Assembly: GCF_030028105.1 (NCBI RefSeq) | Contig: NC_092390.1 | Span: 13,404,346-13,468,345 of the forward strand | Direction: 5' to 3' | DNA from: Mobula birostris | Lineage: Eukaryota | DNA length: 64,000 nucleotides | Part shown: positions 1-12,700 of the stretch, one piece after another | How positions within the stretch are numbered: the stretch's first letter is position 1 | Layout of the letters: each line of letters opens with the position of its first letter | The notes under the pieces: model-generated | What the model was told of the DNA's origin: nothing | The model's input: only the letters and a program-made list of their open reading frames with translations | Database searches by the model: none | Made by a program: the position numbers and the translations under genes

Positions 1-48
1 GACAAATCGCTCATCCTTTTAGTCAACGGGAGGTACATTTGGCAGTAT

Positions 49-690
49 CACGGATTCCAGTTAATTTGGACACATTGGGATGGGTACATTTTGGCCCAAG
101 TACGTGGCTGTCCCAGTTAGCCGGTTTTATGGAAATAGTTTAAAAAGGTATAATATAAAAAGACAAAATAATGTGTAACTGAGTGACAAATTACATATTT
201 ACATGAAATGCAGAAATTAGAACACCAGTACCACAGTATTATTAATTTTAATAGTTTCATCCAGTGTATACTGCCATGTTCTTTTTGATTGTAACAGACT
301 CCTACGGTAAATTTTTTGGCTATTGTCAAATCTTTTCGCAGCATCTTGGCAAGGGTCTGAACTTTATTTAAAAGAACTCAAAATAAAATACAAAATAAAT
401 CAAAACAAATCACTGCTTTTTTTTTGAATTGGCATCCGTTGGCCCAAACGAAGAACATAACATATGTACACACAACTAACGCCATTTAAAAAGTGTTCAC
501 TCTAACAAGGTGTGCACTCTTAACAGTCACACATCTGCACATGACAGATGCTAGTTAGAAACTGTTCTGCAACATTCTGTCCCAATTAAGTGGCAAAGTG
601 TCCCAAATAAACAAAGGGAATCCAGGCTATCTTCTTGATTAGTTTTTGTCCAAAATAAGTGGCTACCCTGATTAACGGAACCCATTATAC
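49..690 (-). mobile_element. Non-autonomous Tc1/mariner-superfamily element (MITE), copy 1
   Basis: Reverse-complement similarity to the TIR-bounded copy at 32852-34122. Confidence 0.7.
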
Positions 691-884
691 TTCTAAGATT
701 ACTCGCTCTGAAAGCAAAAGCAGTCATTCATTTGTATGCTGTAAATGAGACATACAATTGAAGATTGTAATAAGTGAAGCAGACTGATACAGCTATTCCC
801 CCCCCCCCTGTATATAAACACAATTTATTCCTCCTTTGCTTGGCATCCAGTTGCCAAGGTAACATTTCTATCACCTTCAAGAGA

Positions 885-1300
885 TCAGAATCAGGTTTAA
901 TATCAGTGGCACTTGTCGTGAAATTTGTTGTGTTTGCAGCAGCAGTACAATGCAATTCTTAATTAAAAAAACATGAATTACTGTGTGTATTATATATAAT
1001 AATTAAATTAGTGCAAAAATAGAAATAAAGTAGTCCATTCAAAAATCAGATGGCAGAGGGGAAGAAGCAGTTCCTGAATCATTGATGTGTGCGCCTTCAG
1101 GCTCCTGTACCTCCTTCCTGATGGTAGCCATTAGAACAAGGCATAACCTGGGTAATCTGGGTCCTTAAAGATGAATGCTGCCTTTTTGAGGCTTCACTCC
1201 TTGAAGATGTCCTAGGTGGTTACTATGGGAGCTAGTGCCCATCATGGAGCTAAACAAGTTTACAACTCTCTGCAGTTTAATTTGATCCTGTGCAGTAGAC
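885..1300 (-). mobile_element. Rex1/Babar LINE 3' fragment
   Basis: Same tail (tcagaatcaggtttaatatc...aagaagcagttcctga) as the RT-bearing copies at 45838 and 57035. Confidence 0.7.
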
Positions 1301-2926
1301 CACCCCCCCCACCCCCCGCCACCAACACAATATAAAATAATAGATTTAAGCTTTCTGTCAATGCTGTTTTTCTATTCAGACTTAATGCAATAGTGGTCTG
1401 ATAATAAATCATGCTCAAATTTACCCCTATTTTCTGAAAGCACAATGAAATACTGAATTAAGATTAGAAATTACAGTATATTGCAGTCAAGTCAAGGTAG
1501 TTATCAGAATGCACAGCAAATTAAAATGTTCCTGCAACATTTGTTATTTTAAGCTAAACACCTCAGTACAGTTCTGGTCTTAAAACTAACAGCAGGAAAA
1601 ATACAATGGACATAGATACTGAGACTACTAATTGTTACCCGTTTTCACTATATGCCACACCAATGACTTTCCTTAATTCACCATCAAGCGATAATCAAAA
1701 TGCCAGAAATGTCCTAAACAGCAAGCAGCAGAGAATCTACCATTGAATTTGGACTGCAGCACAATGTTGAATCAAACTAATGAGAGCTTTATACAGCATC
1801 TTATCAGGTTAGTGTGAAACAGGGCACCTGGAATGAATCATAACCCTTATCCAGCTTTAACATACTTCACTATTCTGTCAATAAAAAGAATAAGTATTTC
1901 CAACAATTAACTGCATATGATGTAAAGATGAGTAAATAATAGTCAACTCAAGAGGTGTGGCAACTAAATTTAAATAGATACACAAAATTATATACTCAAA
2001 CATGAATTAAGTCAGTAGAATTTTAAAATTTAAAATAAAAGCTAGTGTCAGGCAAGCCCAATACCACTACTGCCATATTTTAAATTAGAAACTTCTAAAA
2101 AAAAATATCTCCAGACATGTTCTTAGTGCCCACCTTTTATTTATCTGATGATCAATAACAACAAATGGAAAAAAAAGGATCCCTTTTCAATATGGCCACA
2201 GTTCCACAATACTTGCAACTTGGGTCTAAAAATTGACAATTTACATTTTCCCTTAAAAATATACATTAACGTGAGCTGCTTCTAAAAAAAATGAGTAACA
2301 CCAGTTTTTGCAAAGTAAGTATCCCTCCAACACATAAAAACCAAAATAGATAAATATTGTCTCATATCATTTATGCAAAGAAAAATCAGAGACTTGTCTA
2401 CGGCTTACATTATCTCTAGTTATTGCCATCTCAGGATCTAGCTGAGAATTTAATATTTTCCTTTGAATTCCATTTCACATTTTCACCTTTGCCAAGGCAA
2501 GCCAAAACTAATTACTATTCTCAGAACAAAAAAAATTTAAACACAAAAGTGAAAAATCTGTTTTAATTATTTTATACAAATTCCATTGATAGAAGGACCT
2601 CCAAACTTCCAGGAAGATTTTTGCAAAATGAACTTCACTGTAAAGTCCATTTGTTTGTTTGTTTCATTAACAAAATAATGTATTTTATTAGTCATGCTTA
2701 TGCCTCATCCAATTTTTGAAGACATTCATTACTCAGTTTTCTATTTAGTGGATAATGAGCATAGACAGTGTCTATTAATTTACAGAACATTTAGTTTGAG
2801 TCCGAAAACTTGTCTTGCTCTCCCATCTCTAAAATGCAAACCTGCGGAATACAAGAAACAAAAAAACCTGCACTTTCCTTCTGATTTTATTTTGGGAGAC
2901 TTCATTAAAACAAATTAAGTGTTTAC

Positions 2927-2991
2927 CTTCAAACAGGCTGATATCTTTAGAAGTCAAGGTCCAAACAGCCAATCCAAAAAGCTTTCAAACC
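2927..2991 (-). pseudogene. LCOR: Decayed copy of the LCOR 'GFESILEGLFGPGLLKDLSLF' exon (in-frame TGA plus 1-nt deletion)
   Basis: The minus strand reads tcctataag|GG TTT GAA AGC TTT TTG GAT TGG CTG TTT GGA CCT TGA CTT CTA AA- GAT ATC AGC CTG TTT GAA G|gtaaac, i.e. GFESFLDWLFGP*LL(K)DISLFE. It is 65 nt long, whereas 66 nt is needed to keep frame. AG and GT are intact, and the entry phase matches exon 17694-17790. Confidence 0.75.
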
Positions 2992-4014
2992 CTTATAGGA
3001 AAACAATTATGACAATATGAGTGCAAACAATCATTCTGGCAACAACCCATAGGAGCTGAAATAGTAAGAGTTAATTTTAGAATTTTAAAATCTAACAAGT
3101 TGTTGCACAGCATCATCAAAATGCAATAAACAGCATTACTCAGTATATTTACAAACAATGAACATTAGCAATTTAAACATCTCGTCAATATTTATAAGAA
3201 ACAGAATTTAGCTGGAAACTAACTTCATAATACAAGCATTGTTGACCCTTTGCTGTACATTAAAATACATGGTTGGCAGACAGAATCAATAATGATTCAT
3301 TAAATATAACAAGAGCTTCACTGTATATTGTGCTTTACTTAACCTGCAGTGCTTGATGTAATTATTCATGTTCCAGTGCATGCAGACAAACAATTGTTTC
3401 TTTCATTGTTATAACAATCAGGCAACTGAAAGTGCCCAATCCTTTACACACCACCTATACAATATCAGATTTAATATCTGTCTGCATGTCAAATTAGATC
3501 ACTTACTATACTTTTGAGGAAAGATTTACATACTTTAAAATTAAACTGCATGACACCTGCTTTGACCAAATCATATGAACATCAGAAATAGCAGCAGGGA
3601 TTGGCAATTGACCATCTAAGGCTATTCAGCCATTAAATAAGATCATAACTAAACTTAAAGCTCATCGAATTCCCAATCATCATATCCCAGTAGCATCCAA
3701 AAATCTACCAATTTCAACTTTGAAAACTTTGTGTAGTGGTACAAGACGCTTGGCTCATCTCAACAAGTCTTCAGTATTTCTGTGCTCCAAACTTATTGTG
3801 ATGAAGGCCAATTAAACAATTTGCCTTCCTAGTTGCTTGCTGTATCTGCACATTTACTTTGTCTTTTGTATGAATACAATTCTGCACAATTCACTATTTT
3901 CACACCAATAAATTAATTACTCAGCTTTTCTACACTATCACATTAATTTGTATGAGCAGAGGTCAGCATCAGTATATTAGACCAAAGGGCTGTTCCTGTT
4001 CTGTACAAATATGG

Positions 4015-5510
4015 CAGACATCCCACCCTGCAAAAACTCATTTGAAGGAGGTAGTACCAACACCCCTGTCCCCCGCAACCCCACATTCCACCCCCCCCCA
4101 GTCGACCTCCAAGGGTGCATGTCTACAGGACATTTGATTATGAAAGAACACAACAATTTATTTGATCACATATTGAAACTATTTACACATATATATTCCT
4201 TGTTGAGTATTTTTTTGGCAGTCTCAATGCTAATAGCTAAATGCAAATACAAATAGCTTTTCTATTTCTTTTGCAAACTTTCCTTGTACTGTGATGTGGC
4301 TTGCTTGGCAGATTTGAGCATTTTGCCAGAAGTCTCAACCTCATAGCAGTCTGTATCAATGAATTTATTAATCTTGCAAGACATCAGATTCACAAGTGTT
4401 TTGTGAGACAGCTGACTTTTGAATTGTCTTAATGTGATGCACCAGGCTGAATGCCCTTTCTACATCACAATTAGAATTTGGCGGCACCAAAAGCAGCTTC
4501 ACAAACTGGTAGAGCTCTTTGAATTTCAACTGCCTTGTGCTCACAGATTTTACTTTGGATAGCTTCCCCCAGAACTCATCAATTGGCAAACTTTTGCAGT
4601 TTGGCACCAGTCCTTCAAGGTTAGTTGAGACATAATCCAGGACTTCCAAGTGGAGCTGTTCTCTTGCATCTGCCTTGATCACATTTGGAAATCTCAGCTC
4701 TAGTGACCTTCTCTGTCAGACTTTGGTTTTCTGCTGAGAAGAACTATGAAATACTTGAGCAGCCTTCCCTGCACTTAGCCTCCCTAATATGTTGTGATCT
4801 CCAAAAGAAATAAAAGCATAAGGTGTATCCTTATTATATTGTTTTATGCAGAAAATGTGACATTAAAATATGTACTTATATTATCATGGAGTCTTTTTTT
4901 ATTCTATTACAACTTTAAGCAAGTCTACAGGGAGTTTGGCCTCATCACGTAGGACATCAATAGACTCGCTCCTTAGCAGCTAGCCAGCTAGTTTAAATAA
5001 CGTTAGCTATGCTAATGAATGAATGACACCTGCTAAACTCACCTCAACATGTCTTTTACAGTCATTTAACCTACCATGAGCAATAGAAAAGTCACTGCGG
5101 CAAACAGCACAGCAAGCAACCCTGTCATTTTTTTTTACCCCTATTAGGCAGGGGTACACTTTATTGTAGTCTGGGGTGAAGTATACTTTATATTTTCTTT
5201 TTTTGGAATACTCTGCCATGGTGCTGCAGGACACTAAACTGAACTGATGGACAATGAAAGGGAGAGAGAGGTCGACTGTAAAGCCTGCCCACAGAGAAAA
5301 CTGATTGGTCTCTCTTTGTGCTAAGTAGACCTATCAGGATGCTCTCTCTGTCACTCTCTCACTATGTCTGTCACTCGCTCTCTCTGTCTGTCTCTCTCAA
5401 AAAAATCTATTTCCGGGATATTGTATATAATTTGCAGGCGTCAGGGAGCCGCTATCAATATGCAAGGGTGGGGGGCACTCCTGGAACTTCCGGGAGAGGT
5501 GGGATGTCTG
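4015..5510 (-). mobile_element. Internally deleted hAT DNA transposon
   Basis: TIR CAGACATCCCACC...GGTGGGATGTCTG. The minus strand has a BED-type zinc finger (CAVCRSDFSIAHGRLNDCKRH) and a hAT dimerisation motif (FW...PPNSNCDVERAFS). Confidence 0.85.
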
Positions 5511-6059
5511 CTATGGAATTGTACTCCACCTGTCATTTTCATGCTCTGACCATGCTCTGATCAAACTGACCTTCCTAACTAGCTTTGAATTATCAGGAAA
5601 CAGCTATTTTATACCCATTCTTTTCAGCTGTCATGTATGTAAATTCTGCTTTAGGCTAAAACTGATCCTATCAACAGAGCAACCTGAAAATGTCCTGCTA
5701 ACTTCTACTTACTTGTTTTCTGTCCTAGTACCAATCTACCACCAATGATAAAAGCTTACCTTTAACAAGACCTCCTATTTTAAGTAATCTTTTCTGTGAC
5801 ACCTTAGCAAATAAATTATGAAAAATAAATATTTTCTATCTCCTGCCTATTTTTTGTTACTCCACTGTTCCCCCCCAGAAGAAAATAGTACAACCAGCTG
5901 TTAAATTACTAATATAATTCACCACATACTGTGCAAATAAAATTGATTAAAGTCTTGTGTATTACCATGGATGCCAGGGTTGCTTAAACAACTACTATGA
6001 AACTAACACACATTTCAACCTCACTGACAATCAACACATATGCACTTCAAAGTTACGTG

Positions 6060-8250
6060 CTTAGCTCTCTACTCTACTCATGACTGTGTGGCTAGGCACA
6101 GCTCAAACACCATAAATTCACCAATGACAACTGTTGTTGGCACAATCTCAGATGGAGACAAGGTGGTGTACAAGAGTGAGATAAACAAGTGGTGTCACAA
6201 CAACATCCTTGTATTGACTGTGGATTTCAGAAAGGGGAAGTTGGGGGAATACACGCCAGTCCTCTGAGGGCTCAGAGGTGGAAAAGGTGAGCAGTTTCAA
6301 TTCCTGGGTGTCAGCATCTCAGAATATTTGTCCTCGGCCCAACTCATTAATGCAATCACAAAAAAAAGCATGTTCATTTTAGCATGTCAGGAAAAACTCT
6401 AGTAAATTACAGATGCACTAGGGAGAGCATTCTGACTGGTTGTATCACTGCCTGATATGAAAGCTCCAATGCACAAAGTCGAAACGGGGTTGTAGACTCT
6501 TGCCAGCATCATCACAGGCACAAGCCTCCCCTCCATCAAGGATATCTTCAAAGATAGTTCCTCAAGGTGGCATCCATCATTAAGGTTCATCCATTTATCT
6601 CATTACTACCATCAAGGAGGTGGAACAGGAGCCTGAAGCCTACATTCAATGTTTTTGGAACAGCTTCTTTCCCTCGGTCAACAGACTTCTGAACAGTCCA
6701 CAAGCCAGTGAACACTATTTCATCATTCCTCTTCTGCACTATTTTATGTTTTATTGTACAAACCCCATTTCCAGAAAAGTTGGGATATTTTCCAAAATGC
6801 AATAAAAACAAAAATCTGTGATATGTTAATTCATGTGAACCTTGATTTAACTGACAAAAGTACAAAGAAAAGATTTTCAATAGTTTTACTGACCAACTTA
6901 ATTGTATTTTATAAATACACACAAATTTAGAATTTGATGGCTGCAACACACTCAACAAAAGTTGGGACAGACTTAAAATAAGATTGAAAAGTGCACAGAA
7001 TATTCAAGTAACACCGGTTTGGAAGACTCCACATTAAGCAGGCTAATTGGTAGCAGGTGAGGTATCATGACTGGGTATAAAAGTAGCGTCCATCAAAGGC
7101 TCAGTCTTTGCAAGCAAGGATGGGTCGTGGCTCACCTCTTTGTGCCAAAATTCATGAGAGAATTGTTAGTCAGTTCAAAAGGGACATTTCTCAACGCAAG
7201 ATTGCAGAGAATTTAGGTCTTTCAACATCTACAGTACATAATATTGTGAAAAGATTCAGAGAATTCAGAGACATCTCAGTGTGTAAAGGGCAAGGTCGGA
7301 AACCACTGTTGAATGCGTGTGATCTTCGAGCCCTCAGGCAGCATTGCCTAAGAAACCTTCATGCTACTGTGACAATTATAGCCACCTGGGCTCGGGAGTA
7401 CTTCGGAAAACCATTGTCACTCAACCCAGTCCGTCGCTGCATCCAGAAATGCAACTTGAAACTGTATTACGCAAGGAGGAAGCCATACATCAACTATGCA
7501 GAAACGCCAGCGGGTTCTCTGGGCCCGAGCTCATCTCAGATGGACCGAAAGACTGTGGAACCGTGTGCTGTGGTCAGATGAGTCCAAATTTCAGCTAGTT
7601 TTCGGAAAAAATGGGCGTCGAGTTCACCGTGCCAAAGATGAAAATGACCGTCCAGATTGTTATCAGTGAAAGGTGCAAAAGCCAGCATCTGTGATGGTAT
7701 GGGGGCACATCAGTGATGAGTTGCATGCATGTGAAGGTACCACTGACTCTGAAAATGAATGGCGCATCATGAAGAGGAGAATCAGACAACGGAGACCACG
7801 GACTGTTGAGCAGCTGAAGACTTATATCAAGCAAGAATGGACAAAATTTCCAATTGCAAATCTACTACAATTAGTATCCCCAGTTCCAAAACGATTAAAA
7901 AGTGTTATTAAAAGGAAAGGTGATGTAACACAATGGTAAACATGGCTCTGTCCCAACTTTTGTTGAGTGTGTTGCAGCCATCAAATCCTAAATTTGTGTA
8001 TGTTTACAAAATACAATTACGTTGGTCAGTAAAACTATTGAAAATCTTTTCTTTGTACTTTTGTCAGTTAAATAAAGGTTCACGTGAATTAACATATCAC
8101 AGATTCTTGTTTTTACTGCATTTTGGAAAATATCCCAACTTTTCTGGAAATGGGGTTTGTAATTTATAGTAATTTTTGCCTTGCACCATAATGCTACGAC
8201 TAAACAAATTTCACGACATGTCAGTGACAATAACCCGTTTCTAATCCCTC
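6060..8250 (+). mobile_element. Rex1/Babar LINE relic (6060-6756 and 8162-8250), split by the Tc1 insertion
   Basis: RT remnant HDCVARHSSNTI...TTVVG. The 3' tail resumes right after the Tc1 TA duplication. Confidence 0.75.
6759..8159 (+). mobile_element. Tc1 DNA transposon, defective transposase
   Basis: TA duplication at 6757-58 and 8160-61. TIRs of about 210 bp starting CAAACCCCATTTCCAGAAAAGTTGGGA, with internal direct repeats. Paired-like HTH (from ATG 7120), SDES and VMVWG motifs. Frameshift, stop, and a deletion removing the second catalytic D region. Confidence 0.95.
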
Positions 8251-9739
8251 TATTCATCAACATTCTTTATACCATTTTATACACTTGTTATTCCTTTGAC
8301 TTCCCAAAAATCATCAGGATTAAATCTCATTTTATCAACACTGCATGCAATTTTCTAATCTGATCTATATTATCTGACCTCAGCTATAAAATGCCAATTT
8401 AATATGCAAATTTCTTAGTACTCATCTAATTAAGTGTTGATAACATTAATACTTTTATTCCACATTATACAACTGACCATGATATCCTGATTATCTGGAA
8501 GTTTATCACTGAATAAATTACAGAAGTATTGAACATTCAATATACATACACACATGAACAGCTCACATCATCAACAATCTCCAGTAATTCCAAGTGCCAG
8601 ATGTAAATAAGTGACATGTAATTTTTAGTCAATATACTAAAAGCAGTCAATTCACAATTCTAGTCACTCTCATTTCTTCTCCTTTCCTCACTAGCCCGTC
8701 ATCTCCCTCTAGTTCCTCTCCCTTTTTTTCCATGGTCCACTGTCCTCCATTAGATTCCTCCTTCAGCCCTTTACTTCTTCCATCTATCCCTTCCCAGCTT
8801 CTTAGATCATTCACCCCCCCACCCATCTTTCCCTTAATCTCACCTATTACCTGCCAGTTGACATATTTCCTGATGTGCGTATATGTATATATGCATATAC
8901 ACACACAACTCCAGCAAATCAGGAAACATTAATAAATAATACTGTAAAAGAAAAATCTCTGATACCTGCAAAATACATGCAAAGAGAAAATTCACCAGGT
9001 TTTGCAAAACAAGTAGAGGCTAGGCAGTTTAGAAAATTGAGAATCCCAAAATAAGTTCCATAATATAAGCAAAACAACTACAGAGAGGGAAAAATTGCAT
9101 GGAAAAATTTTGTCACATTGTCCATGAATGATGTAACAGCACAAGAAAATTTTCATAGACAACACACAGGAAGCACAATTTGTTTCTCGTGCTCCCAAGC
9201 CTGTTACTTTCCATTTGCTAATTTTACCATATTGAAACTTTTGAGCTAAATAACACAGAAGTATAACATTTGGCCAAATTTGCACCATGAGCACTATCAA
9301 CAAATACTGCTACTCCTAATAGACCATTGAACTATGTCGCAAATACAACAGCTTAAAAGGGGAAGTTGGGATCAAACTTTAGGGGTAAAACTTGTTGGGG
9401 AGTAGCAATGTTTCCTTGGCAGCTGCTGCCATTGACCCTCAAACCCAGTAGGTTCCACACATCACAAAGCAAATTAACAGACAGAACCAGCCAATGCTCC
9501 GTGCTACTGGGCTCAGCATGGGCTCCAGAAGGACAGCTGTGCCGATTTCTCCAGTACAGTAGTTTCATTGGGGACTCTGCTCATAGATCCCACTTCAGAA
9601 TGCTCAAACACATTCATTTCAAGGGAGATTTTATTGCTGCTGCAAAGGCAGCAGAGAGGGACTTTTTGTTTCAGTTATTTAGTAGCCATCACATATTTAC
9701 GTGGTTTGATAACCTAGATTTACAAGTTATTAACAAGTG

Positions 9740-12700
9740 TAGAACCATATCTGCACATGCTCAACATCCTTCCATTCTCTGACTATCTGTGCGTCTGTCT
9801 AAATGCACCTTAAACTTGGCCATTGTATCAGCTTCTACCTGGTCACATATTTCAAGCATCAATCCTTCTGTGTAAAAAAAACTTACCCCCCCCCCACTTT
9901 AATCCTATGCCTTCTAGTATTTGATATTATACCTCAATTTTATATACTTCCTTTAGCCTTGATTTTCTAGGATAAACTAGCATAGCCAATGTAGTGTCTC
10001 TCCAAGGCAACATCCTAGTGAACCTCTTCTACACCCTCTCCAAAGGCATGGCCTCTTTCCTGTTGCGTCAGTACCAGAACTGCACAATATTCCATGAGGC
10101 CTAATCGAAGCTTTGAATTGTTGCAATATGATTTTAGATTCAATACCCCAACTGATGAAATTATACTATAGACTTTCCTTGCCACTTTGTCACTAGCGTT
10201 GCCACTTTCTGGAACCTATGGATTTCAACCCCAAGACTACTTTAAATCAACAGTCCAAAAGGCCAACCATTTACTGAACACTTTTCTCTGGTATTTGACA
10301 CCCCACCTGCTAACAGATCACCTTATGCCTGCCCAGATGAAACTCCACCTGCCATTTCTCCTCCCAAATATACTGATGACAACTTTCTTCTATCCACATA
10401 CAGGTTTCCCCCGCCACCCGAAGGTACAGCGTTCCTATGAAACGGTTCGTAAGCCGAAATGTCATAAAGCGAAGAAGCAATTACCATTTATTTATATGGG
10501 AAAATTTTGTGAGCGTTCGCAGACCCAAAAATAACCTACCAAATCATGCCAAATAACACATAAAACCTAAAATAACAGTTACATATAGTAAAAGCAGGAA
10601 TGATATGATAAATACACAGTCTATATAAAGTAGAAATACTTTTCCACAATCATTACTGAACTGTTCACCGTAGCGAAAATCTCATGCAAGCACCGTCGGC
10701 AGAAAATCTCACGCAAGCGCTGTGGCAAAAACATGGCGCAAGCACTCTCCAATAACCTTTAAGCTATGAAGCTGCCAAATCACACCAAATAACACGTAAA
10801 AATACACAGCCTATATAAAGTAGAAATAATGTATGTGCAGTGTAGTATCACTTATCGGAATCGGGACAGCGCCGAGCACACTGATGATGGTGTGTTAGGC
10901 TGAGTCATCGCAGGTTGGATCGTGCAGTGGCCCCCACCCTCCAGGCCACCGAGCGATGCATTGCCGTGAAGCGTGCAGGAATGCAGCAGTAGCCGGGAGG
11001 TACACAGCACATCTTTAAGAAAAAAGCCGAAATAAACAAGCTAATTAATTAGGTGCCACCTAGCACATAAATGTCACCCAGATCAGTGCCGATTTCCGAT
11101 TGCATCGCCTCTGATCTGGGCCGACAATTACGTGTCGGCGGCACCTAATTAATTAGCATGTTTATTTTGGCTTTTTTCTTAAAGACGTGCTGTGTGCCTC
11201 CCGGTTACTGCTGCATTCTCTGCGAATCGGTACAGTATCTGTCCGTGGCCTGGGGGTTGGGGTGGTGGGACACTGGGGTGCCATCTCGTCGCCTGTTTCT
11301 ATTAGAGCAGGAAGCTCATCTTCTCCTATGACTGCACACCTCGATGTCTAAGGTCGAGGTTCGTCCTCTGCTGTGGCTGATGTGGAAGGCTTGCTTGACT
11401 GCTGAGCCTCGCGCATTTTTCTATCACACAGTTTTTTAATAAGGACTCAAACCATCCTGCAAATATCTCCTAAACCGATGTACCCTTTCAAAATTAAGTG
11501 GTACTTTATCATTACTCATTTGGTTTCGATTGTTATCCTTTTTTCTTCCAATTGCATCAGCTCTTCATCTGTCAGTTCTTGGTAATGGGATGCCAAAACC
11601 TCTTCAACATCATGTTCGTCAGCTTCCACAAGCCAAACTCACTTCGTCCTTACTTCGTTCACCACGATCGAAACGCTTAATTATGTCTAGTTTTACCATA
11701 AGTGTAACACCCTTATGAGCTCTTTCAGCTTTTCCGATACCTTAGAACTCATCTTGCAAACAGCTGCTCACAGGCACGTGTTAAAGCAATGCCGGCGAGA
11801 ATCTGAGGCAGAGCGGCTGCTCGGGGCACACACTCTCATTTATCGTGCGCTGATTTTTTTTCGTAACAGTGAAAACACTTTCTGAAAGCGAAAACAGGGT
11901 ACTAATGTAGGTCTTTCGTAACAGTGAGGTTTTGTAAAGCGAACGTTCAAAAAGCGGGGGACACCTGTATTCCAATTTTCACTTAAGCTACAAGCATACT
12001 AATCAGATTACCTACATTCACATCCAAAACATTAACAGACCCCAGTACTGATAAATTATGGTATAAAAGTGGACAGACCTCCAGTCAGAGAAAGACCCCT
12101 CTCCCACTACCTTATTATCTTCTATGACAAAGCCAGTTTGGATTCAATTTACCAACTCGTCATGGATTCTATGTGACTGAATCAGCTGGATCAGGCCATT
12201 ACGAGGGAACTTTGTCAAATACTTTTACTAAAGTCCATGAAGACACTATCCACTTCCCGATCCTCAACCATCTTCTTCACTGCCTCAAAAAGAAATCCTC
12301 AATCAAATTTGAGAATCAGGGCCTCCTCCAGACAAGTCCAGGCTTTTCCAGATGGAAATTAGTTCTATATGCAAGAATTTTCTCCAGTAACTTCTGTACC
12401 ACTTAATGCAAAGCTCAAGCCTATATTTCCTGTGTGTACCTGTTACTCATCTTAAGGACAACATTGGCTCATTTCCAATCCTCTGGTTTCTTACCAATAA
12501 CAAAGGATACAAGGATCTGTTTCAAGGCCTCAAATCTTCTTCCTTGCTCCTTTTAGTAACCCTAAATCCCATAGAGCCTGGGAATCTATCCACTTTCTTT
12601 TTTAAAAATCATTTCCTCCTTAATATCTACGTCATATAGTCAAGAATATCAATACACCCTTCCTTAATCTCACTATCAATGTCTTCTCCTTTGGGAGTAC

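Noticed and set aside
2954-2956. TGA in the LCOR-like exon read as selenocysteine or read-through
   Set aside because: The position aligns to Gly/Arg rather than Cys, and a 1-nt deletion follows, so recoding would not restore the frame.
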